From: Octopus sinensis
Lineage: Eukaryota
Length of the DNA stretch: 64,000 nucleotides
Reading direction: 5' to 3'
Assembly (NCBI RefSeq): GCF_006345805.1
Contig: NC_043009.1
Location: forward strand, 66,402,001-66,466,000
How positions within the stretch are numbered: the stretch's first letter is position 1; each line of letters opens with the position of its first letter. This document shows, one piece after another, positions 14,410-27,522 of this stretch. The translations under genes and the position numbers were made by a program. The notes under the pieces are model-generated. The model did no database searches and had not been told where the DNA came from. It saw only the letters and a program-made list of their open reading frames with translations.

Positions 14410-14630
14410 ACCTGTTGCCAGAAGTATCACAGGATGTCTTTCCACATCCAATTACCAAATCTTATAGTTTAAGAAAAGAGACCCTGTGAGACCTCTGACA
14501 ACAGATTGCAGTCCGCTCTCACAGAAAAAACGCAGGCAATATTGTGTAGGTATTGTTGACCTGCAGAAAAATACCATCCTCTTTTCTGGAAGAATTCTAA
14601 GGAAGATTCTTGATATTCGAGGAGACTTGT
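14410..14630 (+). mobile_element. 3' fragment of an R4/Dong-type non-LTR retrotransposon
   Basis: Manual translation of ~14551-14630 gives IVDLQKNTILFSGRILRKILDIRGDLW, resembling the LQK..LL.TARILRKVL C-terminus also seen at 60567-60640. Confidence 0.5.
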
Positions 14631-16014
14631 GGTGGTGGTGGTGGTGGTGGTGGTGATGATGATGATGATGATGATTTCTTTTGTCAGTCAAAGCGACAAG
14701 AACATTATATGAAGGTTCCACCCAAGAGTAAGCATGGAGACCCATATATTATGTATCATACTGATTGCCCCTCTTCCGTCTACTCCTTCCATTCTCACTG
14801 CGCAAGCTTAGAATAGAGCCATTCATACGACCCAATCTTGTACAATCACCCACTTTTACCAACAAATCTGTAAAACCTTCGTCTCAACTTTTCTTTTCTT
14901 TTCAAGTGAAACTTGAAAAGTGAATGATATCGTTGAGTGATATGTATGTCAGCAGCACACTCGTTGTGAGGCGGCTAAAGTTACCTTGTTCCATAGTCGA
15001 TGTTGTGTCGTGAATTTCTGCAGTTAGTTGACTTAAGTTATGTCACGACCACTGACTAGTTACAAACGCACCATCTATCTACAGCCAAAGTCTGTCAAAG
15101 AAAAGGTACCAAAGACGAAATCGTTGATGAGATTTACTAAGAATACCGACTGCTACCACAGCATTTACCACCATCGATAACCACATTCACCACCACTGTT
15201 GTCAACCTACTGCCGGTGTTCAACCATCACCTGCAGTGTGAGCTCTATGGCACCAACACCACCATCATTTGGAGAGCTGCTGCCACTAACACAAGCACCG
15301 GAGTTACAGCTCATCCGGTTATCCAAATGGTAGGATCTAAGTAGACACACATTTCTTTGACTTTACACTTTTAAAGATAGGCTTTTACCCTCACAATATA
15401 CAAAGGTTTCCCAACGTTCGTCTCTGCAATGTTAGACGTGTTCTTCATTTCGCTTTTCATTTATTATTCTATTGCAGTATGTTGTTTATCCAGAAATTAT
15501 TAGATTAATTGTTCGTGGGGACACTGTATTTCGTTGTGCAACCTTAATATACTACCAAGAGTATTAAAGGCTTTCTAAGTCTACTGTGTACTATCGTGTT
15601 AGCAGTGCGATTCAATCACGTTTTAATGAATGCTATCACCACATATTTTCTATCGAGATTATACCCATCACTCTTGTTCCGTTGTTGAGACTCCTTGTTG
15701 GATGTCGTCATGTTGTAGTTGCTGGAAGTGTTCATGATGTTACCGGAATACACCATGTTATTACTGTTGCTAAAATTATTGCTTTAAAGAAGTCGCATTT
15801 TAGTTTCGCTTTCAAATATCTATTTAACGTAAATGCTGCTATTAGCATAGGCGTAAATTTACTGTAAATTTATTGTGCCATGTTGTATTTTTAACAGAGA
15901 CTTTTTAAGTTCATGACCATAAAATTTATATCATTACTCAAAATAATATAATCTTACAAACATAACACGCCACAACAACACATGTAAAAACAACCAACTA
16001 CCTAATCACTACGT

Positions 16015-16038
16015 ATATACACACATATATATATATAT

Positions 16039-16088
<50 letters not shown>

Positions 16089-16091
16089 TAT

Positions 16092-16175
<84 letters not shown>

Positions 16176-16195
16176 ATGCATATATGTATATAAAT
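16015..16195. repeat. Compound microsatellite (TA)n(GA)n(GATA)n
   Basis: Directly visible. Confidence 0.95.
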
Positions 16196-17802
16196 TTATA
16201 AAGCCTATTTTCGATAAATCGACTCTATATAAACATGTTTTATTAAGGATATTTATTTATATAGTTTTGAATAGTGGAATTGACGAAAAAAAAAATGCAA
16301 GCTAAAACTTAATTCATTGGATAATAATACTGGAAATAATACGAAAAATCCATCCACAAACATACACGCTTATGCACCCATGCGTAAGTAGAGACGAATA
16401 GAGAACCGCTATCAACGCATGTTTGTACATAACCTCAAACACACATACACACACTATATGAGCATTTCATTATATTTTCATTTCAATAGGTTATTTTCTT
16501 TTTTACGGATTTGCTTGCATTTTCCTTTGTGTTATCAGTTTAATTTTTATAGTTGTTTTAATTCGATTTTTCCTCTTTTGCTTACGAGATTTTATTGCTT
16601 ATTCTCATGTAATCAGAGTGATTGTTAAATTGAAAATGGTTATAAAACTTAAATAATAAAGTTTTATTTATGTTCGTGGTAACACAAACGTTAATGATAC
16701 TATTAAATAGCAGTTAAAACAATCATGAGATAGCTATTATGTTATAGATCTTGATTGCTTCCATATGATATATTTTCTCCAATAAATTATTTAGAGGGGC
16801 CCCCGAACAAACAGATCAATGGAAATGGTCACAAGAGACGTGCACTTTGTATTCTTTCTGTGTATTTGTGTGAGTGTCTGTGTCTGTCTGTCTGTCTATC
16901 TGTCTGTCTGTGCGTGCGTGCTTGTGTGTGCGTGTTTGTGAATTGGTTGTTGCTGTTTAGCTTTCTGTCAACTCTGATTGAGAAAATCTAAAATCAAAGG
17001 CATTCCAAACGTGGCGATCACTGTTTAAGTGGCATATAACTATCTTCGCTGTGTTCTGCCTTGATTTGAGGCGATAGATAAAGTGTGATTTTGAGGGTTT
17101 TTTTAGTTATTATTTCTGCTAGATCGAACAACGATCTAGAGGTTCCTATGTTGGTTCGTAACGGTTAAGCCAATACAAGGGGAGGTTATCCATGAAATTC
17201 CTTGGGAACAGAATATTATCGAGAAATTGGCGTCTCTATAAAGATAATCACGTGTCTTCTGCGAAAGTAAGAATCGTATTAGCATCATATATTCTACTTC
17301 ATCCATTCCATGAACAGATTATGCAGTTTGTCAGCAATAAATTAAACGAAATGATGCTCATATCTAATTCATTTATAATTAAAGCATCTGTAATGTCAAC
17401 AGCATCGTTTGAGACGAGTGAATACTTTTGGATGCCAATGTATTAATAATGGTTTCTTCACCTGGCAGAAGATGAATTGATAACCTCTACCAAGGGACGG
17501 GATCGACGGAACTGGACCCGTCTACCTGCCTGGTATTTATTCCCAGAAAATATGACGTTCAAAGTTGTTTTTTTTGTGTTTGTGGAGTTTGAACTCCATC
17601 CATTTATCCATTTTGCTGGCCACTATTCCTGGATTGGGGGCTGGAAGGAAGTCCTCGAGCACCTCACCCCTACGGGTCCATCAGAAACAGCTGCCATTCA
17701 TCTTTCCTGCTGGATTACAAAGTGTGACGAACAGACACTATGTATATTATCCAACCATCTCCCTCGCGCTCTTACACTAAGTATCTTACTACCTCGCTGG
17801 CC

Positions 17803-18065
17803 GGTTGGCTGGTTGGCTGGTTGGTTGGTTGGCTGGTTGGTTGGTTGGCTGGTTGGTTGGTTGGTTGGTTGGTTGGTTGGTTGGTTGGCTGGTTACTTCG
17901 TTCGCAGGCTGGCTGGCTGGTGGTTGGTTGGCTGGTTGGTTGGTTGTTGGTTGGTTGGTTGGTTGGTTGGTTGGTTGGTTGGCTGGTTACTTCGTTCGCA
18001 GGCTGGCTGGCTGGTTGGTTGGTTGGTTGGTTACTTCGTTCGCAGGCTGGCTGACTGGCTGGCTG
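17803..18065. repeat. (GGTT/GGCT)n microsatellite with three embedded copies of GGTTACTTCGTTCGCAGGCTGGCT
   Basis: Directly visible; embedded units start near 17891, 17985 and 18029. Confidence 0.93.
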
Positions 18066-18085
18066 TTTAGTTGGTCGATTGGCCA

Positions 18086-18220
18086 CGAATGCAAGCGGCC
18101 GAAACGGTGTTTCTCCGAAGGATCTCTGGAGAAGCATTACTTGACAAGGGTGGTAGCTAGGAATTCGGAGAGTCTTCCAAATCCAGCCGCGACCTTTCTA
18201 TCGAGCGTTCACAGCTCCGG
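18086..18220 (+). mobile_element. RTE-clade LINE ORF fragment (post-RT region)
   Basis: Translates [44 protein letters not shown], matching the RTE pattern QAAEM.FLRR..G..L.DR.RS..IRE.L....L...IERSQLRW. Confidence 0.65.
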
Positions 18221-18404
18221 TCCGAAATTACTGGTCTTGTGCCAAAATTTGAAATCAGTTTTAGAATCTTGGCCATTATATCTAAACGGATTTCCTCGCT
18301 TAAGTCTATGTATTATCAGCAGCAGTGTTTCTAGTTATTTTTTATCAACAGATTACCATATGAGATCGCACATATACGATAGCTGCTCACTTGTCTTTCT
18401 ATAG

Positions 18405-18817
18405 TATTTATTTCTTTATTGTCCGCAAGGGACTAAACATAGAAGGGACAAACAAAGGGATTAAGTCGATTACATCCCCCCCCCAGTGCGTAACTGGTAC
18501 TTATTTAATCGACCCCGAAAGGATGAAAGGCAAAATCGACCTCGGTGGAATTTGAACTCAGAACGTAACGGTAGACAAAATACCTATTTCTTTACTACCC
18601 ACAAGGGGCTAAACACAGAAGGGACAAACAAGGACAGACAAACGGATTAAGTCGATTATATCGACCCCAGTGCGTAACTGGTACTTATTTAATCGACCCC
18701 AAAAGGACGAAAGGCAAAGTCGGCCTCGGCGGAATTTGAACTCAGAACGTAACGGAAGACAAAATACTGCTAAGCATTTCGCCCGGTGTGCTAACGTTTC
18801 TGCCAGCTCGCTGCCTT
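18405..18817 (-). mobile_element. SINE family A, head plus two tandem body units (dimer)
   Basis: Sense strand starts AAGGCAGCGAGCTGGCAGAAACGTTAGC (A-box-like); each unit carries GAGTTCAAATTCC (B-box-like). On the + strand the units start at 18409 and 18585. Confidence 0.9.
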
Positions 18818-19033
18818 ATAGTATTTGTGCCAGAGTTCAGTCTGACTAATATGTTCCAAGATGCTGGTAGTGCAAAGCAGAAAAAGAGTGGAGATGAGAT
18901 CTTCGAGGACGACTCCTTTTCTAATAGAGACTAGGTAAGATTATATAGTTCTCACTTTTGCCGGTACCAATAACGTTGTTTACCAATTTGTTAACGTTTC
19001 CACTTAATATTGGTAATATTTTGGCAAAGACCT

Positions 19034-19402
19034 GGCGGCGTCTTAGCAGAATCGTTAGCATGTATGGGTAAAATGCTTAGCAGCATTTCATTCGTCTTCG
19101 TTCTGAGTTCAAATTCCAGCGGGGGTGATTTTTCCTTTCATCCTTTGGGGGAGGGAGGCGTTTTGTTAAAATAAGTACCAGTTGAAAACTGAAGTCGATT
19201 TAATCGACTTAGCACCTCCCCCAAACCTGTTCGCCTTGTGCTAAAATACGTAAACAATATCAAACGGTGAACTGTCGGATTGTTAGTACGCCAGGCTAAA
19301 TGCTTAACGGCACTTCGTCTCTCTTTACATTCTGAGTTTAAATTCCGCCGGAGGTGACTTTGCCTTTCATACTTCGGAGTCGATAAAATAAGTACCAACT
19401 TG
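19034..19402 (+). mobile_element. Two adjacent decayed SINE family A copies (19034-19260, 19267-19402)
   Basis: Both show ..gaatcgttagc..aaatgcttag..ttctgagtt(c/t)aaattcc..cctttcat..aaaataagtacca. Confidence 0.8.
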
Positions 19403-19954
19403 AAACCAATATCTTAACCAAAACTGATGTTTCTGAGAATCACTTGTCTTAAATATCCTGATTGCTACGTTTTTACCTTTTTCCTTCTTCAGTCTTCACT
19501 TATGATGCCATCGATTCAATGATCCGTAATTGGATTAAACTACCCGTGGATGAACTGGGTTATAGTACCGAGTGTTAATTATATAACAGTATGAGATATG
19601 GATGTTGAAATCTCGTATCCTATCCCGCTGAAAAGGTCCCTGAATATTATTATTAGTATTATTGTTGTTGTTGTTGTTGTTGTTGTTATCGTTGTCAGCG
19701 TCATCGTCGCCGTCGTCTTCGTCGTTATTTTTGTTGTTTCATATACGCACAACAGATTTGTCTGTTGAAACAAATGTCCTACCATTGGGCTACAACAAGT
19801 CACCCCAGATGCCAAGAACCTTCCTAAGTATCTTCGCTGTCACCAATAACACAGTTTTCTGGATTTGTTCCAAACTAAAAGTTTTATGTCTATTTCCTCT
19901 ATCCATCTGTCCAAATGATTAAGAAAGGTTCCTGATGCACATATAACTACAGAA

Positions 19955-20100
19955 GCCGAGGTCAACTTTGCCTTTTATCTTTGAAATATCGCCAAAATAG
20001 GTACTGGTCGAGTAGTGGAGTCGACGTAATTGACCAGCGCCTTTCATAAAAACACCAGGCCTTGTGCCTACATTACAAAGGATTATTATTATTATTATAA
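19955..20100 (+). mobile_element. 5'-truncated SINE family A copy with (ATT)n tail
   Basis: gccgaggtcaactttgcc...aaaataggtactgg...ccttgtgcctac...gattattattattatt. Confidence 0.65.
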
Positions 20101-20553
20101 AAAAAATCATTTTTAAGACACGATTAAAACTTTCTCCACTATAAGATTTGACGTTAATTCTTGAGAGTTTTGGTATTAATGTCCAAAGTGTAGCTAATCT
20201 TATGTACTGATTCCTTCCTTCGATACACATCTGCATTACTTTCAAGAGTGCCAAGATGCTCTAAAGCTATGATTTATTATAAAACTTATATTTATCATCC
20301 GGAGAGATTTATCGCATATATAGCACAATCGGACACACAGACACAAAAAATATAGACAAACATACACAGAAACAATACATACTCTTAGGCACGTACAAAC
20401 ACACACGCGTATACATACAGATACTTAGATATATGGAATAAACCGCGCTCTGCGGAGGGGAAAGAGAAAGTTTAACTCTTCTGATACAATCTTTCATTGA
20501 TTTCAAAGACTGGAGCCGGACGCATCTTTTTTCTCAGCTTTCGTGCTGGTGGT

Positions 20554-20554
<1 letters not shown>

Positions 20555-20589
<35 letters not shown>

Positions 20590-20826
20590 GCACGCGCACA
20601 TACATACGCGCACACACGCACGCGCACATACACACACGCACATATACACACACATGCACATATGCAAATTATGAGCGCGCATACACACTCACTATATGTA
20701 CATATATACATACATACATACATACATACATAGTCACACATGCGTATATAGAGAACTAAAAACAGACAGACAGACAAGCAGACAGATATATTGGTAAACG
20801 GATGATTTGATGGATAGGTAGATAGA

Positions 20827-20904
<78 letters not shown>

Positions 20905-20905
20905 A

Positions 20906-20986
<81 letters not shown>

Positions 20987-21045
20987 AAGACAGACAGACA
21001 GACAGACATATAGATAGGTAGGTAGGTAGGTAGGTAGGTAGGTAG
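20555..21045. repeat. Compound microsatellite (CA)n,(TACA)n,(GACA)n,(GATA)n,(GGTA)n
   Basis: Directly visible; source of the YLSI/CV ORFs. Confidence 0.95.
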
Positions 21046-21725
21046 TACAAACTGTTATGGACAAGACTATGTTACTCAGAGTTTTCTGCCAAATTTAGCA
21101 ATGCATTAAACATTTGTTAGATAATATATTTGATCGATTCTTGTTGAAATATTGCAAAAAAACCAAAAAAATCCTTCGGCTTGAGTTGATCAACTATATT
21201 GTCTATGAATGGTTAATTAATCGCCTAATTGGGCAAGAATGTTTAAGTAACGATGCGAAATACAACATCGTTTGCATACATGTGTATGCATGAGTGTGTG
21301 TATACATGTAAACACACACACTCACACATACACACACACGCACACAAACAAATACACATACATGTATACAGAGAGGGGGAGAGAGGGAAAGAGAGAGCCA
21401 GAGAGCAAGAACAAATAGAGAGTACTCTACACTGTTGTACACTTGATACGCATCCTCTACCATGGGTACCCGGCGTTGCACTGCTGAACACTATGATGTG
21501 GATGTCACCTTGCCCCATTACCTGAGATATTATTACAGATCTGACTGTGAGGGAAACATGGACGCACAGGACTAGCCCTGAGAGATACGAAAGATCATTG
21601 AAGATGACCGTGTCACTAGAAATGATGTTTTTGAGCCACTGTGCTCATTCAATCTAATCATCATAGCTTACCTCATAACCACTACCTACCCGAAATTACA
21701 CGCAGATATTACACGCAAAACTCAA

Positions 21726-21935
21726 AGGCGATGACCTGGCAGAATCGTTAGCACGCCAGGTAAATTGCTGATTGACATTTCTTCTTGTTTCTTACGTACT
21801 GAGTCCAAATACCACCGAGGTCAACTTTGCCCGATATCATTTCGCCATCGATGAAATACATATCAGCTGAGCCCAGGGGTCAATGTTATCGACTAGCCCC
21901 TTACCCCCAACACTTCAAGCATTCTGCCTATAGCC
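21726..21935 (+). mobile_element. Decayed SINE family A copy
   Basis: aaggcgatgacctggcagaatcgttagcacgcc...ccgaggtcaactttgcc...ggggtcaatgttatcgact. Confidence 0.8.
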
Positions 21936-22299
21936 GAAATAGCACAGAGGACTATTCACGATTTGTAAGGTTGAGTGACAGCTGAAAGCCAGTATTAACA
22001 GTCCTGCTTCTTGTAAGCAAATTTGCAGAAACTACCGAGGAGACCAACGAAAAAGTAACCTTCTTGAGAAACTTTTAAGTTGGGCCAAAAAAAGAATCTA
22101 TTGCTCCACCAGCATCATGTAAATCGATTTCTTTGGAACCAAATGTCAACAAGTGCGTGATCCTTGTACGCAATCAACAGCACCTGGTAAACTAAAAACT
22201 CAGAAATGATTGATGGACAAATTTCTAGACATATGCAACTCAGCAGTGCAAATCGCTGACTGGAAAGGAACTGTCGAATCGGAATTAAATGCAACGGAT

Positions 22300-22680
22300 T
22301 ATACTAAGAAAGAAACAAGCAATAAGTTAATAGAATAAAGCGTTATGGTGATGTGGCGTATATCTAGAGGCATAGGGACATGTTAAATGCTTTGAGACAA
22401 TCTCTTAAAATGTCTTACATAAGAAGTACTCAGCTGAAATTTGATCGAATGGCAATTGACCACAAATGTGTGGAATGGAGATTATATCTCTGGTGGATCT
22501 TGTAATAAACAAACAACTTTACTGGGTGCCACAACGAAAGGATATAGAGTACAGGTGATGAAAGAAGTACTTCAAACAGTTTCTCTTAATTTGGGGATTA
22601 TGGAAATAATATAAGATAGCTCAGACAGATCTGAAACACTGCGATTACGAAAAGGAGGAGCACTTTCCATGTTTATATAG
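22300..22680 (+). mobile_element. Heavily decayed RTE-like LINE 3' end
   Basis: One frame reads KQLYWVPQRK...LIWGLWK*YKIAQTD, resembling the RTE C-terminal QAL.W.PQGKR...GLTWG....AQDR; multiple stops. Confidence 0.35.
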
Positions 22681-23176
22681 ATAGGAGAAAATGGCCAGAA
22701 AGCGGAAGGAATATGATAAAGCCTGATAGTTATTGAGCAGCAGTGTGGATAATGCTGTAGTTAACGGACGTGAAAGAATGCATATACTCTAAGAGGGACT
22801 ATAATCGTCCGAAAAGTGCACATTTTAATACGGTTGTCAGTTTCGGCAATTCCCGTTGCTTCATCAGTAAAGCCCTCTCGATTGTTCAGCTCTTTCCTGA
22901 CTCGCTTTGCCATTAGTATTTATATTTTCGTCATGATTGGATGATTTAGCGATTCGCTAATGTGTATATATAAACCGCAATTTAGGTTTTCCTTTGAAAA
23001 TACAAGCATTTAGTCGCTAATCATCGGTGAAAGACGAACGCACATACACACACATGTAGGCTCATATATTTAATAAACTCAAGAGACATTGTTATTCATG
23101 TGCTTAAATATATTTGTGTTTGTATGTATAAATTTATGAATATGATATATATATATCACCATACACACACACACAA

Positions 23177-23227
<51 letters not shown>

Positions 23228-23355
23228 CATATATGTATATATATATAAATATACAGATATATATATACATGCATACAAATACATAGAAACATACATACAA
23301 ATATATATATATATGTTATATGTGTATGTATATATATATATATATACATACATAC

Positions 23356-23406
<51 letters not shown>

Positions 23407-23476
23407 CATATATACACACAAACACACACAAGCGCACAAACACAATTATATACACATGTATATGAATATATATATA

Positions 23477-23767
23477 TGATCACGTGATCAACCGGACTAT
23501 CGCAGGTTATACATCGCTTGCCACAATACGCTTTTGCATTGTTTTTAGCATTCAAATGATGCTGCTCGCTGGCCAGGCGAGCAGGTCAACATTGGTACTG
23601 ATCGAAGGATAAGTCTGTCACAGGGTGAGCTATTTACAGCTGAGTCGACTGGGGCAACGTGAAATGAAGTGTTTTGCTCATGGATACAACATGCAACCCT
23701 GGGAATCGAATCGACGACCTAGCGATCGGGAGTGCAACACCCTAACCACTGGGCAACGCTCTTTCAC
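23477..23767 (-). mobile_element. tRNA-derived SINE family C with CORE-like central motif
   Basis: Sense strand has A-box-like TGCCCAGTGGTTAGG, B-box-like GATTCGATTCCC, then ATGAGCAAAACACTTCATTTCAC, resembling the start of the CORE domain. Confidence 0.75.
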
Positions 23768-24481
23768 CCCATCCATATATGTATATATATTGCTGACGTT
23801 GAGAGGTTGTAAAACCTTTCGTTTTTGGAACTGGTTCTCGAAGCATATAGTTTTTTTTTAGAGAGTTTGTGAAAGTGTTTATGTCAACACATGATGTATG
23901 TCGTTTATGATTCTATCAGCAAGCACGTGTTTGTGATTGTATGGTTATATGCATATCTTGATGTCTGTATGAGAAATAGTGAGAGACAGAGATATATATA
24001 GAGAGAGATAAAGAGACGTAGGGATTGTGTGTGAGAGAGAGAGAGAGAGAGAAGGTGTAGAGATCGAGAGATGTCGAGGAGCAGTTAGAGTAGAAAATAA
24101 GCTAAGACGTAGTTAAGAGCAAGGCGATTGGAGAAACTGGACTGGAAAGAAGGAAGAAATGATGGTTTATTGACTATAGGCAAATGTAAGCGGAGTTTTT
24201 ATATGACGTGTTGTGATAGAGAATAACGAAGACGATGATATATATATATAGGAAGAGAGTATAAGAAATAAAGACAGGGACAGAGAGAGAGAGAGAGAGA
24301 GAGAGAGGAAGGGGAAGGGAGGCGGAAGGAGTGCATGGAGTTTAGAGTCAGTGATGTGGAGTCGATATTCACTCACCTGTACTTGTACTTTTGCTTATCT
24401 TACATCATGTAAAAATGTAAGACTAACTGCAACGATTATTCATCCATAAACTCGACCATTTTCTCATCCAGTTACTCCTCA

Positions 24482-24514
<33 letters not shown>

Positions 24515-24700
24515 TTCTCTTTCTCTTTCTCTCCTCTACCTCCCTTTTTTTAATCTTGATTCAGAAAAAGTGAAGGAGATGGAAAAATATCTAGTTCCTT
24601 CTCTCGTGTTACGTCCCCCTTTCGTTTTCCATATCCATACACACGTCATGTGCGTGTGTGTATATATACGTATATAAATTCCTTTTCAACCTTCCACATG

Positions 24701-24736
<36 letters not shown>

Positions 24737-24742
24737 ATATAT

Positions 24743-24788
<46 letters not shown>

Positions 24789-24851
24789 ATATGTATATAT
24801 ATATATACACACACACATATATATATATATATACACATATATGTATGCATG

Positions 24852-24892
<41 letters not shown>

Positions 24893-24995
24893 AAATATAT
24901 GTGTATAAATTTATTTATATATAAATATCGACATTTATATTTATACATAGGTATGCATATATGTAAACACAAGTAAACACACACAAACACACACA

Positions 24996-25030
<35 letters not shown>

Positions 25031-25754
25031 GCTTCATTAAATACACGCTCAAGTTTTATCGGTTTTCTTTGCGATTCTTCATATTCTTTCTACTGACATT
25101 ATACAGTTGGTTTGAAAGAAAACAGTTTTTAAGTCCGTATCCGACGTTTCCCAGACATTTCACGTGGCCACTGACATAAAAAAAACAACAGAACGTAACT
25201 GTCAAAATTTCAGCTCGACAAACACTTCAGCACATAACTGCTGCTACTGAAGCTAACGTTACAAAGTCCCTTGGCGCGAAGTTTAGCTCAAGTTCAACCA
25301 ATAAGCAAAGTGTCTAGTAGTCTATGTTTGTTGTTAGTTTGAATGTCCTTTTTGGAATTAGCGCTGTGTTACTGATACTATTTTGTAGCTATAAGCTGTC
25401 ATTATTTGTTTAATCTGATGTATTTACTTGTAATAATTTGGTGGATTCTCAGGCAGCGTTTATATTTCTAATGCAATAGACACTGCTGGATTAAATGGTA
25501 GTGCCCAGGTGTCGAAACCACAGTGATATCTGCTTGGGTAGCTGATGATGGGAATGCACGTCTGTCATACTCGATTGTAAATTTGTTATATCTAGTTTCC
25601 TTATTCTTGGTTGTCATTTGTGGGGATGGGTTGTTTTGGTATTGTTTGCTATTCTTCATAGGTAACTTAATTTGGCTTGGACAATGCTTAAGTGTTGGTA
25701 TCTAGTTTTCGGACGTTCACTGGCAGATAATTAAGAACATAATTGCACGTGGGT

Positions 25755-25919
25755 GCAAGTCGATGACATCGAACCCCAGTGCTCAACAGCTACTCATTTT
25801 TTCGTCTCCGAAAGGTTGAAAGGCAAAGTCGACTCCAGCGGCATTTCAACTTAATATCAGATTAAATGTCGCCATGCATCTTGCCAGGCGCAGCAACGAT
25901 TCTACCAGCTCGCCGCCTT
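25755..25919 (-). mobile_element. Decayed SINE family A copy
   Basis: gtcgatgacatcgaacccc...gaaaggcaaagtcgac...aacgattctaccagctcgccgcctt. Confidence 0.8.
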
Positions 25920-27522
25920 TTAGACACCAATTTGTTATGGGGATAATTGTAATAATAGAACACCCCTCCCACATAACGAGTTATATGTTATAGTCATTAT
26001 AAATACTGTCAGTCAGTGTCAGTATAATGTAGAGAGTACAATATAGACGGTCATATATAGTCGTGGTCTTACTTGTCTAACTATACTGTTGTAGCGGAGT
26101 TGGTGTTATAACAGTCCGACAGAGGATTACTACACAATTGTTTCGAATTCTTGTGAATGAGACTGCTTGGATATGTCGGCATAGGTGATAAATTGCGATT
26201 ATAAATGTAAAGATTTTAGTTTCTAAAATACCGCAATTTATATATATATATATATTATATATATATATATAATATATATATGTGGGTGTATTTCGGGACG
26301 GTCATTTTTTTCTTTTTTGCCAAATGAACACACGCACTATATATTCGTTCTTCCCTCGTTTATTACTGTTCTTATTCTAACTCATGTTCATTGTTCGAAA
26401 ATCTTTCTTCACACATCTGTGACCGATTCAGAGACACTTTCTGTCTTTGTGTGTGCTCTTACACCGCTTATTCCATTCTGTTCATCTATGGTCTGTATCC
26501 TAATATGCGCATGTGTTTGCGTGTCTGTGTGTATGTGCGAGCGTGTGTGTGATGGTTCTTAGAAGCACTATGACCCTCTGTTCAGCCCCTTCCCCTCCCC
26601 GTTGCCGCTGCTGCTGCCATTGTACCCGACTTTTGTTACCGTTTTTGTATCTGTGTTTGTGGAAGTTCTTGCTGCTGCCGCTGGTGTTGCTCTTGTCATT
26701 GGTCGTGTTGTTGATGTTGTTGGTGCCGTCTATGAGAGTACTGTATGTGTGTTTGTGTGTGTATATAGGTTCGCTTTCTATGTTGTTTGTATCCGTACGC
26801 TTTATACAGTTTTTTTTTTCCTTTTATTTGTCTCTATTTCTTATATTTATCTATTGTGTGTGTACTACAGTTTGTATCTGGAATTTTTTCTCCTTTCTAT
26901 CTTTAGTCCTCATGTCGTATGGTGTGGTGGTCGGTGTTACTATTCCATTCATGTTTTCTGTGGCGGCTCGGTCAGTCAATTGCTATGTGTGTAGCCTCTG
27001 TAAACTGTCTAAGTGCCGTGTCAGTTTTATGCGTTGATAATACCTTAACCTCTATAGTATTGACCGAGCCTCTATGTTCTGCTTGAGTATGTTGATAGAG
27101 CACTGACGAGCCATTAGTGTACAACTATACGTTCCCCTACGGCGTGTGCTATCTCTTCAATGTAAGTAGTTGACATGTTTCTGTTGTGTCTCTCCAATTC
27201 CGTAGGGTCGCACATGCGAGACACATTCCTCATTCTATGTATGTATATATATATATATACATACACATATGTATACATATGCATATATATACATTTACAC
27301 ATTTATTTGTATATGTATATATATGTATGTATATATATATGTATATGTATATATGTATATATATATATATATATATGTATATACATAAATATACATACGT
27401 ATATATATATATATATATATATACATGCGCACGCACATACGCAGATCTATTCTCACACAATCATACACATACACACACACACACACACATATATATATAT
27501 TTATCTATGTATCTATTTATGC

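Noticed and set aside
14898-14920. Perfect 10-bp hairpin with GAA loop, as a Helitron 3' end
   Set aside because: AT-rich stem and no CTRR terminus downstream.
17150-17790. Possible RT remnant on the minus strand (ILTFAEDT; TGPVPS)
   Set aside because: Motifs are about 80 codons apart, too far for RT spacing, with many stops; unresolved without blastx.
23477-23490. 14-bp palindrome TGATCACGTGATCA
   Set aside because: Lies at the tail of SINE family C; no independent evidence of function.
25130-25180. GAAACGTC on the minus strand as a third hammerhead
   Set aside because: No CUGANGA-like box upstream of the putative helix II.
26513-27037. 174-aa and 130-aa hydrophobic ORFs resembling membrane proteins
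   Set aside because: Decayed (GTT/GCT/TG)n low-complexity sequence; no domain recognised. The same applies to 52895-53248.
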